A stretch of 64,000 nt of DNA from Chlorobiota bacterium (GTDB taxonomy: Bacteria > Bacteroidota > Bacteroidia > Bacteroidales > VadinHA17), in contig JAADHC010000052.1 of assembly GCA_013152085.1 (NCBI GenBank), forward strand, positions 26,572 to 90,571, written 5' to 3'. The position numbers and the translations under genes were made by a program. Shown piece by piece: positions 1 through 10,132 of the stretch. The notes beneath the pieces are model-generated. The model worked only from the letters and a program-made list of their open reading frames with translations, was not told where the DNA came from and made no database searches. The stretch's first letter is position 1, and each line of letters starts with the position of its first letter.

Positions 1-1052
1 GTTTTTACGGGGGGAAAATTTACTTCGGCTCTTTTTTTCAGTTTCAACTCATCATTACCCGCTGCCAGCAGGATAGCATAAGCTTTTTTTCCGTCGCGCC
101 CCGCCCTTCCGGCTTCCTGGAAAAAAGCTTCAAGAGAATCCGGGATGTCCATATGGATCACAAACTGTACATCAGCCTTGTCAATACCCATACCAAAAGC
201 ATTTGTAGCTACTATAACGCGAAAATTTCCGGTTGTCCATTTGTGTTGTTTCCGGTCGCGCAATTCGTGGCTCAGTCCGGCGTGATAATAATCTGCTGTA
301 ATTTTATGGTCTTTGAGCAGAAGGGCCACCTCACGGGCATGTTTACGTGTCCGGACGTAAACAATCCCGCTACCGCGGAGGCTGGTGACCATCCGCAGAA
401 GTTCTCCGTTTTTATCCTCTGTCCACCGGACCATGTAAGCAAGATTCTTTCTTGCAAACGTCATCCGGAGAACATTTTTTTCCCTGAACTTCAGCTTTTC
501 CATAATGTCGTCCACAACACCGGGAGTTGCGGTAGCCGTAAGTGCCAATACGGGTATGCCGGGTATCAGTTCTCTCAATTCTGCTATCCGCAGGTAGGAA
601 GGTCTGAAATCATATCCCCACTGCGAGATACAATGAGCTTCATCTACCACAATCATATTGATGTTCATCTCCTGCACCCTGGAGCGGAAGATTGGAGTTC
701 CGAGACGTTCGGGGGAAACATATAAAAATTTAAAATCGCCAAAAATACAGTTATCCAGGGCAACGTCAATTTCTTCACGCGTTAATCCCGAATATACTGC
801 CAGCGCTTTGATACCCATGCTTCTCAGGCGGGTAACCTGATCCTTCATCAGGGCAATCAGGGGTGTCACTACAAGACATAATCCTTCTTTAGCCATGGCA
901 GGGACCTGGAAAGTCAGGGACTTCCCACCGCCGGTAGGCATAAGCCCCAGGGTATCGTGGCCGTTTGCTACGGACAGGATGATCTCTTCCTGCAGCGGGC
1001 GAAAGCGTTTATACCCCCAATACTTTTCCAATATTTGCAAATACATATCCAT
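1..1052 (-). CDS. recQ: ATP-dependent DNA helicase RecQ, N-terminal ~350 aa; the 3' end runs off the left window edge
   Basis: Absent from the ORF track because it is open at the edge. My reverse-strand translation from ATG (1052-1050) gives MDMYLQILEKYWGYKRFRPLQEEII..MPTGGGKSLTFQVPA (Walker A), VVDEAHCISQWGYDFRPSY (DEAH box), LTATAT, VATNAFGMGIDK and QEAGRAGRDG. The + strand ORF 153..725 is its antisense shadow. Confidence 0.9.
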   Translation of the reverse strand, partial: MDMYLQILEKYWGYKRFRPLQEEIILSVANGHDTLGLMPTGGGKSLTFQVPAMAKEGLCLVVTPLIALMKDQVTRLRSMGIKALAVYSGLTREEIDVALDNCIFGDFKFLYVSPERLGTPIFRSRVQEMNINMIVVDEAHCISQWGYDFRPSYLRIAELRELIPGIPVLALTATATPGVVDDIMEKLKFREKNVLRMTFARKNLAYMVRWTEDKNGELLRMVTSLRGSGIVYVRTRKHAREVALLLKDHKITADYYHAGLSHELRDRKQHKWTTGNFRVIVATNAFGMGIDKADVQFVIHMDIPDSLEAFFQEAGRAGRDGKKAYAILLAAGNDELKLKKRAEVNFPPVK

Positions 1053-1098
1053 AATCCGGAACCAGATGGTAGCAAAAGCCGCGAGACCTTAATTTTTA

Positions 1099-1130
1099 AA
1101 GCCGTCCTTTACGGCTTCCACTTATTTTTT
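1099..1130 (+). promoter_or_regulatory. Stem-loop (AAGCCGT-ccttt-ACGGCTT) followed by a T-rich tract in the guaB 5' region; function unknown
   Basis: 7-bp inverted repeat at 1099-1105 / 1111-1117, then ccacTTATTTTTTGTATTTTG. It lies between the divergent recQ start (1052) and the guaB ATG (1168), and no gene ends here. Confidence 0.25.
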
Positions 1131-1167
1131 GTATTTTGTGCCATCTAAAATTATAAAAATCAGCCGA

Positions 1168-2643
1168 ATGTCACACAACATGCAAAGAATTATAAAAGAG
1201 GGACTTACATTCGATGATGTTTTACTTGTTCCAGCGTATTCGGAAGTTTTGCCCCGGTCGGTAGTGTTAACCACGAAATTCACCCGGAACATACCCCTGA
1301 ACATACCCATAGTTTCTGCGGCTATGGATACGGTTACCGAAGCCAGTATGGCCATTGCCATTGCGCGGGAAGGGGGTATTGGTGTTATCCATAAAAATAT
1401 GAGTATCGCCGAACAGGCCGGTCAGGTTCGTAAGGTTAAACGCGCTGAAAATGTTATGATCTTCGACCCGATCACCATTTCCAAAGACGCAACCGTAAGG
1501 GATGCCATAAAACTTATGCTGGAATTTGGTATTGGCGGGATACCGGTCGTTGCCAAAGACAATACGCTGCTTGGTATTGTTACGAATCGTGACTTAAGGT
1601 TTGAAAAAAAAGGAGACCGGCCCATAACAGAAGTAATGACCCACGAGAACCTTGTCACTACCAACCAGAAAACCAACCTGGCTCAGGCTTCAGATATCCT
1701 CCAGCATCACAAGATTGAAAAGCTGCCCATCATTGATGATTCAAACAAACTGATCGGATTAATTACCTACAAGGATATCACCAAGGCCAAAGACAGGCCC
1801 AACAGTTGTAAAGACGTGCAGGGAAGACTTCGGGTAGCTGCTGCTGTCGGGGCAACTACCGAATCACTGGAACGTGCGGAAAAGCTTGTTGAGATGCAGG
1901 TTGATGCCCTGGTGGTGGATACTGCCCATGGTCATACGCAAGGGGTTATTAATGCTGTAAGAAAATTGAAAGATGCATTCCCGGACACCGATATTGTAGC
2001 CGGTAATGTAGGATCAGCCGAAGGAGCATTGGCGCTTGCAGATGCAGGTGCCGATGCGGTAAAAGTCGGGATTGGCCCCGGATCCATCTGTACAACAAGG
2101 GTAATAGCCGGTGTAGGCATGCCCCAACTGACTGCTATTTTTGATGTTGCTGCAGCCTTGAAAGACAAAGACATTCCTATCATCGCCGATGGAGGAATCC
2201 GTTATTCCGGAGACATCGTAAAAGCCATGGCAGCAGGTGCAGGCACTATCATGGCCGGATCATTGTTTGCCGGCGTAGAGGAATCTCCCGGAGAAACCAT
2301 TATTTATAACGGCCGGAAATTTAAATCCTACCGCGGAATGGGATCCCTGGAAGCCATGCAACAGGGATCTAAAGACCGTTATTTCCAGGATATGGAGGAT
2401 GACCTGAAAAAACTGGTCCCCGAAGGTATTGCTGCCCGTGTTCCTTATAAAGGCACCCTTGCCGAGGTTGTTTACCAGCTTGTTGGCGGGCTCAGAGCCG
2501 GAATGGGATATTGTGGCGCCCTAAACATTGATCAACTGCAACAAGCCAAATTTATACAGATCACACATGCCGGAATGATCGAAAGCCATCCCCATGATAT
2601 TACCATCACCCGTGAAGCCCCTAACTATAGTCGTGAATTATAA
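1168..2643 (+). CDS. guaB: Inosine-5'-monophosphate dehydrogenase
   Basis: ORF 1129..2643. Recognisable IMPDH sequence: [18 protein letters not shown], tandem CBS region, catalytic loop [23 protein letters not shown]. Start placed at the ATG at 1168 (MSHNMQRII..); ATG 1180 is also possible. Confidence 0.93.
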   Translation: MSHNMQRIIKEGLTFDDVLLVPAYSEVLPRSVVLTTKFTRNIPLNIPIVSAAMDTVTEASMAIAIAREGGIGVIHKNMSIAEQAGQVRKVKRAENVMIFDPITISKDATVRDAIKLMLEFGIGGIPVVAKDNTLLGIVTNRDLRFEKKGDRPITEVMTHENLVTTNQKTNLAQASDILQHHKIEKLPIIDDSNKLIGLITYKDITKAKDRPNSCKDVQGRLRVAAAVGATTESLERAEKLVEMQVDALVVDTAHGHTQGVINAVRKLKDAFPDTDIVAGNVGSAEGALALADAGADAVKVGIGPGSICTTRVIAGVGMPQLTAIFDVAAALKDKDIPIIADGGIRYSGDIVKAMAAGAGTIMAGSLFAGVEESPGETIIYNGRKFKSYRGMGSLEAMQQGSKDRYFQDMEDDLKKLVPEGIAARVPYKGTLAEVVYQLVGGLRAGMGYCGALNIDQLQQAKFIQITHAGMIESHPHDITITREAPNYSREL

Positions 2644-2658
2644 TTGAACTGAAAAAAT

Positions 2659-4626
2659 ATGAAGAAGATTATCCCGTATTTATTTATTCCGGCGCTGCTT
2701 ATTGCAAATCTTCCGGCTTTCGGAATCGGACGGACCGGTGATGATCCCGTCCTGCTTACTATTGCCAATAAACCTGTCAGCGTAAGTGAATTTTTACATA
2801 TGTACGAGAAAAACAATACTCAGGCTGTTGGTACGAGGGAAGATATAGATACTTACCTTCAACGGTTTATTGACTTTAAATTAAAAGTGGCCGAAGCGGA
2901 AAACATGGGACTTGATACCCTTCCCGGTTTTAAAAAAGAACTTGCCGGCTACCGGGAACAACTGGTCAAACCCTATCTGTTAGACAGCAGTACCATAGAG
3001 ATGATGGTTCATGAAGCATATAACCATATGCGCTATGAAGTCAATGCAAGCCATATTCTGATCCGTTGTGGCATGGAAGCTTCGCCTGCCGATACCCTGG
3101 ATGCTTATACCCGGATCATACAGGTGCGACAAAAAATCCTTGAAGGAACCCCCTTCGAGCAGATGGCCCGGGCCGTATCCGATGATCCTTCTGCCAAGAG
3201 CAATGGCGGAAACCTGGGATACTTTACGGCCCTGCAAATGGTTTATCCTTTCGAGAAAGCTGTTTATGCCCTTCAGCCCGGTGAAATTTCCATGCCGGTA
3301 CGAACACGTTTCGGATATCATATCATACGACTGAACGATAAGCGTCTTAACCCCGGAACGGTTAAGGTCGCTCATATTATGGTTGCGGTACCCCGAAGCT
3401 CCGGACCGGAGAAACAAAAAGAGGCATATGAAAAGATCAAAAATATTTACAAGCAACTGACAGCCGGTGCATCTTTCGATACCATTGCCCGTAAATACTC
3501 TGATGATTACAACTCGGCAAAAAACGGCGGTATCTTACCATGGTTCGGAACCGGTAAGATGATCCCGGCTTTTGAACAGGCTGCCTTTGCACTGAAGAAT
3601 CCCGGGGATATTTCCGAACCGGTCCAAACCGGATACGGATGGCATATCATCAAACTTCTGGATAAAAAGGAACTCCCTGCCTATAAAGAAATATCTGAAT
3701 CCCTGCGACGAAAAGTACTTTCATCAGACCGTGGACAAATGGCAAAAACGGCCTTGGTAAAAAAACTGATAAATAAATATCAGGTCATGGTGGATTCTGC
3801 GTTGCTGGACCAGGTTGCAGCAAATGGAGATTTGGATAATGACCATTTCATCCCCGTAGTACCATCATCAGATTATGAGAAACCGCTTGCCACAGGGAAC
3901 GGATTCTCTGTAACCATGAAGGATTTCTTAAAAACGCTAAACAAATCCCACCCCAAACCATCAGAATCAATACACCATTTTATTTTCAAAACTTTTGAAA
4001 ATCTTCTCAGTAATCGTCTGCTGGCTTATAAGAAATCACAGCTGGAAAATACAAATCCGGAATTCAGGGCCATTATGCAGGAATATCACGACGGGATGTT
4101 GTTGTTTGAAATTATGGACAGAAAGGTGTGGTCGAAAGCTTCGCATGACACCACAGGACTGAAAGCCTATTACAATACCCATAAGAATGCATACATGACT
4201 GAAAAAAGACAAATGGCTACTATTTACCATTTTAATGATCCGCGTTTCGCTAAATCTTTAACAAAAGATATCCGAAAGGTATCACGTAAAAAGTTAACAG
4301 ATAAACAGCTCATTGAAAAATATAAAAACAAAAATGCAGGCATTTCCGTCGAGACGGATACCCTGCTGATTTCAGATCAGCGATTTGGTAAATCCCTGTC
4401 ATGGGAAAAAGGAATCTCAGGTATGATCAGGAAAGAAAATGGTTTTTATATTGTCAATACAAAAGAAATCTTTCCTGAAGAACCGAAACCACTGGATGAA
4501 ATCAGGGGAATTGTGACAGCCGATTATCAGGATTACCTGGAAAAGCAATGGATCATCCGGCTTAGAAAAAAATATCCTGTAGTCATACATCAGGATGTTT
4601 TATCAGGAATAAAAAATAAAATTTAA
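2659..4626 (+). CDS. Exported peptidyl-prolyl cis-trans isomerase with two parvulin-type domains (PpiD/SurA-like chaperone)
   Basis: 655 aa with an N-terminal signal-like segment. Two parvulin signatures are present: NASHILIR..SDDPSAKSNGGNLGYF..FGYHIIRL and VKVAHIMV..SDDYNSAKNGGILPWF..YGWHIIKL. Confidence 0.85.
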   Translation: MKKIIPYLFIPALLIANLPAFGIGRTGDDPVLLTIANKPVSVSEFLHMYEKNNTQAVGTREDIDTYLQRFIDFKLKVAEAENMGLDTLPGFKKELAGYREQLVKPYLLDSSTIEMMVHEAYNHMRYEVNASHILIRCGMEASPADTLDAYTRIIQVRQKILEGTPFEQMARAVSDDPSAKSNGGNLGYFTALQMVYPFEKAVYALQPGEISMPVRTRFGYHIIRLNDKRLNPGTVKVAHIMVAVPRSSGPEKQKEAYEKIKNIYKQLTAGASFDTIARKYSDDYNSAKNGGILPWFGTGKMIPAFEQAAFALKNPGDISEPVQTGYGWHIIKLLDKKELPAYKEISESLRRKVLSSDRGQMAKTALVKKLINKYQVMVDSALLDQVAANGDLDNDHFIPVVPSSDYEKPLATGNGFSVTMKDFLKTLNKSHPKPSESIHHFIFKTFENLLSNRLLAYKKSQLENTNPEFRAIMQEYHDGMLLFEIMDRKVWSKASHDTTGLKAYYNTHKNAYMTEKRQMATIYHFNDPRFAKSLTKDIRKVSRKKLTDKQLIEKYKNKNAGISVETDTLLISDQRFGKSLSWEKGISGMIRKENGFYIVNTKEIFPEEPKPLDEIRGIVTADYQDYLEKQWIIRLRKKYPVVIHQDVLSGIKNKI

Positions 4627-4633
4627 CGGGGTT

Positions 4634-5497
4634 ATGAAATCCAATATTCTTTCCCTCCTGCTTGCTGCCACAGGAATAATCATTCTTGTTTCGTGCAACC
4701 CGCATGAAACAAGCCATAATAATGAAAAACTTCTGGCCAGGGTTGGACAATCGTATCTGTATGCTTCGGAAGTCCCGGATTATTTCCCTGAGGGTCTGTC
4801 ATCCGAAGACAGCATCCAGATGGTAAAAAATTATGTTAAAAGCTGGGTTACCCGTGAGCTGATTGTACAACATGCAGAAGAAAATCTTCCCAATCAGATC
4901 CAGAAAAAAATCCTGGAACAAGTTGTTCAAACAAGGAATTCTCTTTACATTCATCATTATGAGCAGGCGATGATCAACCAGAAAATGGATACCATCGTTG
5001 CAGATTCCACGTTACAGGCCTTTTATGATGCACATACTGACCTTTTCCGGCTTAACAATAATATCGTAAAAGCACTCTATATACAAATTCCCCTCACTAT
5101 TGCCAACCTGTCGAATGTCCGTAAATGGTATCGTTCGGACAAACCCGAGGATTATAACAAGCTGGAAGGCTATTGCTTTCAGTATGCAACTAAATTCGAC
5201 GATTTTAACGAGGCGTGGATTCCCTTCAGCGGAATCCTTGAAAAGATCCCATACCGGGTAACCAACCAGGAACGGTTTTTACGAACGAACAGATTCATTG
5301 AAGCCAAAGACTCTGTTTATCAATATTTTGTTCGAATTAACGAATATCATTTGCGTGGCACACCGGCTCCGGTTGAATATGTGGCTGATGAAATTAAAAA
5401 CACCATACTCAATGAACGGAAACTTACGTTTATTCAGGAGCTGGAAAATAATATCTATTCCGATGCGTTAAACCGGAATGAATTTGAGATTTACTAA
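4634..5497 (+). CDS. Hypothetical lipoprotein in the PPIase/chaperone cluster (no parvulin domain seen)
   Basis: 287-aa ORF with a signal peptide and lipobox-like IILVSC. It is packed between two PPIase genes (8-nt gap upstream, overlap downstream). No catalytic motif recognised. Confidence 0.6.
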   Translation: MKSNILSLLLAATGIIILVSCNPHETSHNNEKLLARVGQSYLYASEVPDYFPEGLSSEDSIQMVKNYVKSWVTRELIVQHAEENLPNQIQKKILEQVVQTRNSLYIHHYEQAMINQKMDTIVADSTLQAFYDAHTDLFRLNNNIVKALYIQIPLTIANLSNVRKWYRSDKPEDYNKLEGYCFQYATKFDDFNEAWIPFSGILEKIPYRVTNQERFLRTNRFIEAKDSVYQYFVRINEYHLRGTPAPVEYVADEIKNTILNERKLTFIQELENNIYSDALNRNEFEIY

Positions 5498-5507
5498 AAC
5501 AGAAAGT

Positions 5508-6860
5508 ATGAGGAAAATATCAGGGCTCCTGGTCTTTGGCCTTCTTGCAGTTACCATCCAGACATCACTGTTCGCCCAGGAAAAGATTATCGATCAGATT
5601 GTTGCCATCGTAGGAGAAAGCATCATCCTGGAATCGGATATTGAGAGCCAGTATCTCCAGATGAAAGCACAGGGAATGCTTCCGCCGGCGGGTGACCCGA
5701 AGTGTCAGATACTGGAAGATATCATGCTGCAGAAGTTGCTCCTTCACCAGGCAAAAGTGGACAGTTTGGTAGTGGACGAAGGCCAGGTTGACAGGGAACT
5801 GGACGGACGGCTGGAATATTTTATCCGTCAAATCGGTTCCAGGGAAAAACTGGAACAGTATTTTCATAAATCCTATCTGGAAATAAAAGAAGACTTCCGT
5901 GATCCCGTGCGTGAACAATTGCTTACCCAGCAAATGCAAAGCCAGATTATTTCTGATGTTAAAATGACTCCCGGTGAGGTTCGTGCATTTTATCGCAAAA
6001 CACCCAGGGATAGTTTGCCGGATATACCTGTACGATATGAGATCCAGGAAATTAAAATCAACCCTCCCTATTCTGAAGAAGCTCGTCTGGCTGCGCGACA
6101 GAAACTTCTTGAACTTCGTAAAAGAATCGTGGAAGGGGAAAATTTTGCCACCCTGGCTATTCTGTATTCAGAAGATCCGGGATCAGCCTCGCATGGTGGT
6201 GATCTTGGTTTTCAGGGAAAAGCCGAATTAGACAAGGATTTTGCCAAAGCAGCCTTTTCCCTGAAGAAAAACCAGGTTTCCCCCATCGTTGAAACAAAGT
6301 TTGGTTATCATATTATTCAAATGATAGAACGTCAGGGAGACCGCATACGGGTACGTCATATTCTGGTAAAACCCAAACTGTCACCTGATGCCGTTACCCG
6401 GGCAAACGATCTGCTGGATTCCGTAGCACACAAAATTCGCGTTGATTCGCTCACTTTTAAAGGGGCTGCCTGGCTTTATTCCGAAGATGAAAACACCAAA
6501 ACTACCGGAGGATTATTGATCAACCCACAGACCGGAGACACCAGATTTGACCTGAGCCAGGTTGATCAGACAACGGCATCGGTCATCTCTAAAATGAAGG
6601 AAGGAGAAGTTTCCGATCCTTTTCAAACCATGGACCAGGCGGGAAATATTGTTTTCAAGATCATAAAGATCAAAAAAATTATCCCCGCACATAAAGCCAA
6701 CCTGGATTTGGACTACGATCTGTTGCAAAATATGGCCAAGTCCGGAAAACAACAGCAGGTATTTACGGATTGGGTTAAAGACAAACAAAAAACAACCTAT
6801 ATCCGGATAGATGATGCTTATAAAGGTTGTGATTTTACGAATAAGGGCTGGATAAAATAA
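5508..6860 (+). CDS. surA: SurA-type periplasmic chaperone / peptidyl-prolyl isomerase
   Basis: ORF 5478..6860. Start moved to ATG 5508 (MRKISGLLVFGLLAVTIQTSLFAQ signal peptide). SurA N-domain-like region, then parvulin motifs SEDPGSASHGGDLGF..FGYHIIQM and VRHILVKP. Confidence 0.8.
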   Translation: MRKISGLLVFGLLAVTIQTSLFAQEKIIDQIVAIVGESIILESDIESQYLQMKAQGMLPPAGDPKCQILEDIMLQKLLLHQAKVDSLVVDEGQVDRELDGRLEYFIRQIGSREKLEQYFHKSYLEIKEDFRDPVREQLLTQQMQSQIISDVKMTPGEVRAFYRKTPRDSLPDIPVRYEIQEIKINPPYSEEARLAARQKLLELRKRIVEGENFATLAILYSEDPGSASHGGDLGFQGKAELDKDFAKAAFSLKKNQVSPIVETKFGYHIIQMIERQGDRIRVRHILVKPKLSPDAVTRANDLLDSVAHKIRVDSLTFKGAAWLYSEDENTKTTGGLLINPQTGDTRFDLSQVDQTTASVISKMKEGEVSDPFQTMDQAGNIVFKIIKIKKIIPAHKANLDLDYDLLQNMAKSGKQQQVFTDWVKDKQKTTYIRIDDAYKGCDFTNKGWIK

Positions 6861-6883
6861 ATCCGGGAAGAAATGGGGCCAAT

Positions 6884-8392
6884 ATGCTACCGCTATCTGT
6901 CAGACGTTTTCTTATTTTTCTTTTGTGGTTCCTGACTACAGGCATATTTTTATTATACGGACAGGAAAAAAGCCGGGTAAATATACTTCACGCCGATAAG
7001 CTGATCATTGACCGGCTAAAAGATACCCGGAAACTGGCCGGACAGGTCAGGCTGCAACATGAGGATGTATTTATGCAGTGTGACAGTGCCCTTATCTACG
7101 AATCTACCAATATCGTAGAGGCTTATTCAAATGTTTTTCTGAATCAGGGAGACACCGTTTTCCTCTATGGTGATTATATCCATTATGATGGAAATTCGGA
7201 AAAAGCCGTAGTTGTGGGTAACGTTCGACTGGTTGATAACGAATCGGTGCTTACCACCAATAAGCTCAACTTTGACCTGCAGAACAACACCGGTTATTAC
7301 CTGACCGGAGGGGTTATCAAGGATGATGACAATATTCTGAAAAGCCGTGAAGGATTTTATTTCAGTGAGAGTAAAACGTATCACTACCGTGGCAATGTGG
7401 TCATTACCACACCCGAGTATGTCATCCATGCAGATACGTTACATTACAACACAGCCACAAATACTACCCGATTTTTCGGGCCCACGGAAATAAAGGGAGA
7501 CAGCCTTTTTATTTACTGTGAACGGGGGTGGTATGACCTCGATAAGGATATCTCAAAGTTTTCAATGAACGCCCGCCTTGAGACAAAAGAACATACTGTC
7601 CTCGGCGATACGCTCTACTATGATAAACACCGGAAATACGGATACGGACTCGGACATGTGGAACTTACCGATACCGTGAAGAACATCATACTGAAAGGGA
7701 ATACAGCCTATTACTGGGAAGATCCGGAGCGAACGGTGATTACGGATAGTGCCCTGTTTATTCAGGTTGGGGAAACAGACAGCTTATACCTGCATGCAGA
7801 TACGTTACGTTCATTCCCCGACATCTCAGGAAAATACAGGATCCTGAGTGCTTACTACGGTGTCTGGATATACCGGACTGATCTGCAGGGATACTGCGAC
7901 TCACTTGCCTACAACTTTGCCGATTCGGTAATCCGGATGAATGGTTCACCGGTTCTCTGGACCGAAGGCAACCAGTTGTCTGCGGACTATATGGAGTTAT
8001 TTACACGAAATTCCCGACCTGACCGGATTGAGATGTTTACCCATTCATTTATTATTTCCAGACAGGACTCTTTGCATTTTAACCAGATCAAAGGGAAAAA
8101 TATGATCGGCTATTTTCGTGATAATGCATTATATAAAATCGATGTAAAAGGTAACGGACAAACCATTTATTATCCCGAAGATAACGGTGAACTGATAGGA
8201 TTTAACAAAGCGGAAAGTTCAAATATAACGATCCTGGTCAATAATAATCAGATCTCGAGAATCACCTTACTTAATAAACCCAACGGGATTCTGGACCCTC
8301 CTGAAAAACCCAGGCCGGCAGAGCAAAAACTGAAAGGATTTCGCTGGAGGGAAATGTTGCGCCCCAAGTCACGTGAGGATGTTTTCAAATAA
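6884..8392 (+). CDS. OstA/LptA-like (organic solvent tolerance N-terminal domain) family protein
   Basis: 502 aa with an N-terminal membrane/signal segment. The repetitive beta-jellyroll-like sequence (ILHADKL.., VRLQHEDVFMQCDSALIYESTN..) is typical of OstA-like proteins that follow SurA genes in Bacteroidota. Family call is by recollection, not a search. Confidence 0.65.
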   Translation: MLPLSVRRFLIFLLWFLTTGIFLLYGQEKSRVNILHADKLIIDRLKDTRKLAGQVRLQHEDVFMQCDSALIYESTNIVEAYSNVFLNQGDTVFLYGDYIHYDGNSEKAVVVGNVRLVDNESVLTTNKLNFDLQNNTGYYLTGGVIKDDDNILKSREGFYFSESKTYHYRGNVVITTPEYVIHADTLHYNTATNTTRFFGPTEIKGDSLFIYCERGWYDLDKDISKFSMNARLETKEHTVLGDTLYYDKHRKYGYGLGHVELTDTVKNIILKGNTAYYWEDPERTVITDSALFIQVGETDSLYLHADTLRSFPDISGKYRILSAYYGVWIYRTDLQGYCDSLAYNFADSVIRMNGSPVLWTEGNQLSADYMELFTRNSRPDRIEMFTHSFIISRQDSLHFNQIKGKNMIGYFRDNALYKIDVKGNGQTIYYPEDNGELIGFNKAESSNITILVNNNQISRITLLNKPNGILDPPEKPRPAEQKLKGFRWREMLRPKSREDVFK

Positions 8393-8448
8393 AGAGGGCA
8401 GGGAATATAAGTAAGACTGAGCATCAATACAAAAAAAGGATAAAAAAA

Positions 8449-8464
8449 GGGGCCGGCCGGCCCC
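8449..8464. terminator. Bidirectional rho-independent terminator between convergent genes
   Basis: Perfect GC palindrome GGGGCCGGCCGGCCCC flanked by an A-run (8441-8448) and TTTT (8465-8468). It sits between the + gene ending at 8392 and the - gene ending at 8471. Confidence 0.75.
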
Positions 8465-8470
8465 TTTTGC

Positions 8471-8692
8471 TTAATATTCATCTTCATTAAAGAAGAAATC
8501 ATCTTTACTTGGATAATCAGGCCAGATATCCTCAATGCTTTCATATACCTCACCCTCATCTTCAATCTCCTGCAGATTTTCTATAACCTCCAGGGGAGCT
8601 CCCGAACGGATAGCAAAGTCAATAAGCTCCTCTTTGGTGGCCGGCCAAGGAGCATCTTCAAGTTTCGAAGCCAATTCAAGTGTCCAATACAT
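8471..8692 (-). CDS. Small acidic protein, DUF2795-like
   Basis: 73-aa ORF. WPATKEELIDFAIRSGAPLEVIENLQEI resembles the DUF2795 pattern as I recall it. The C-terminus is very acidic. Confidence 0.6.
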   Translation of the reverse strand: MYWTLELASKLEDAPWPATKEELIDFAIRSGAPLEVIENLQEIEDEGEVYESIEDIWPDYPSKDDFFFNEDEY

Positions 8693-8784
8693 ATCCTGAA
8701 AATTTTCTGGAATCTTTACATACTCCCTTTAAAATTTTGCAAATATAAAAATTTTATTTACAAAAACAATAGATTTGCAAAACT

Positions 8785-9336
8785 CTAACTGTCTGTATTC
8801 CAGTATGTTTCCAGATTGTTGCTTTTTTTTATCAGCCAGCGGGCCAAAACGAACAGATAATCGGACAAACGATTGAGGTATTGAAGTACCATTTTGATCC
8901 GGTCATTCCCGAAACCGGCAGCAACAACCCTGCGTTCGGCACGACGACAAATGGTACGGGCGATATGGCAATGTGAAGCCGGTACATAACCTCCGGGAAG
9001 TATAAAATGTTTTAAAAGAGGCAACTCAGCTTCCATAATATCAATATTATGTTCGAGAAAACGAATATCTTTCCGGGTAATCACCGGTAATCCGTCAATC
9101 GTATCAATGTTTTCCCCTGCGGAAAGCAATGAAGCCCCTTTCATCAGAACATCCTGAATTTTATAAAGCACTTCATCGGATTGACCATCATCTGACAAAT
9201 CCCGGATAAGGCCAATATAAGCAATCAGTTCATCCACGGTCCCATAAGCTTCAATCAGGGGATCATCTTTCATTACCTGCCGGCCGGTAAGCATACTGGT
9301 CCGGCCCTGGTCGCCGGTACGCGTATAAATTTTCAC
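8785..9336 (-). CDS. ATP:cob(I)alamin adenosyltransferase, PduO type
   Basis: 183 aa. MKIYTRTGDQGRTS..GTVDELIAYIGL..FILPGG is the characteristic PduO-type N-terminus and core. Confidence 0.85.
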   Translation of the reverse strand: MKIYTRTGDQGRTSMLTGRQVMKDDPLIEAYGTVDELIAYIGLIRDLSDDGQSDEVLYKIQDVLMKGASLLSAGENIDTIDGLPVITRKDIRFLEHNIDIMEAELPLLKHFILPGGYVPASHCHIARTICRRAERRVVAAGFGNDRIKMVLQYLNRLSDYLFVLARWLIKKSNNLETYWNTDS

Positions 9337-9348
9337 ACTAAATCATTT

Positions 9349-10056
9349 TCATACATTGACAACGGTTCGCGTCTCATTCTTAATATCAGACTCAATCACA
9401 CCGTCCATAAGCCTGATGATCCGTTCCGCATGAAGCGCAATAGTTTCTTCGTGAGTTACCACGATCACCGTATTTCCAAGTTTATGGATTTCGTCGAGTA
9501 ATCGCATTATATCAAGCGACGTTTTCGAATCGAGGTTCCCGGTAGGTTCATCTGCCAGAATGATAGATGGCTTATTAACCATAGCCCGGGCAATGGCCAC
9601 ACGTTGCCGCTGTCCTCCGGAAAGTTCGTTAGGCCGGTGATCCATCCTGTCACCCAGCCCGACACTTTCAAGAATTTCCGTAGCCCTTACCACCCGGTCT
9701 TGCTTTGACATACCGGCATAGATTAATGGCAGCATCACATTCTCCAGAGCCGTATATCTGGGCAAAAGGTTAAAAGTCTGAAAAACAAATCCAATCTCCC
9801 GGTTACGTATTTCAGCCAGCCGGTCATCATCCAGTTTGCTAACATCATTGCCGTTTAAAAGATAGATGCCGCTGGTTGGCGTATCCAGACACCCGAGGAT
9901 ATTCATCATCGTGGATTTTCCGGAACCGGAAGGTCCCATAATCGCAACATATTCATTCCGGTCTATGTTAAGTGAAATACCCCGCAATGCACGTACCACA
10001 ACTGTCCCTACATAGTAATTCTTAACAATGTCCGTGAGTCCGATAATCTGTTCCAT
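9349..10056 (-). CDS. ABC transporter ATP-binding protein (MacB/LolD-like)
   Basis: Walker [10 protein letters not shown], signature [14 protein letters not shown], Walker [13 protein letters not shown]-loop VTHE. No permease gene is adjacent. Confidence 0.9.
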   Translation of the reverse strand: MEQIIGLTDIVKNYYVGTVVVRALRGISLNIDRNEYVAIMGPSGSGKSTMMNILGCLDTPTSGIYLLNGNDVSKLDDDRLAEIRNREIGFVFQTFNLLPRYTALENVMLPLIYAGMSKQDRVVRATEILESVGLGDRMDHRPNELSGGQRQRVAIARAMVNKPSIILADEPTGNLDSKTSLDIMRLLDEIHKLGNTVIVVTHEETIALHAERIIRLMDGVIESDIKNETRTVVNV

Positions 10057-10132
10057 TTATGCTATTTTTTGCTAATGTAAAACTTTTCTTAATACCAACG
10101 ATAATATAGTTTAATTATTACAGCAACCTTTT

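Noticed and set aside
153-725. 190-aa + strand ORF at the left edge
   Set aside because: It is antisense to a clearly recognisable RecQ helicase frame (DEAH, QEAGRAGRDG motifs on the - strand). Its own translation has no recognisable features.
8736-8781. Two TTTGCAAA palindromes 38 bp apart upstream of the DUF2795-like gene, with the same octamer at the -33 position of the aromatic-operon promoter
   Set aside because: The octamer contains the generic Bacteroidota -33 TTTG and is AT-rich. Three occurrences in 64 kb of AT-rich intergenic DNA are not enough to claim a specific regulatory motif.
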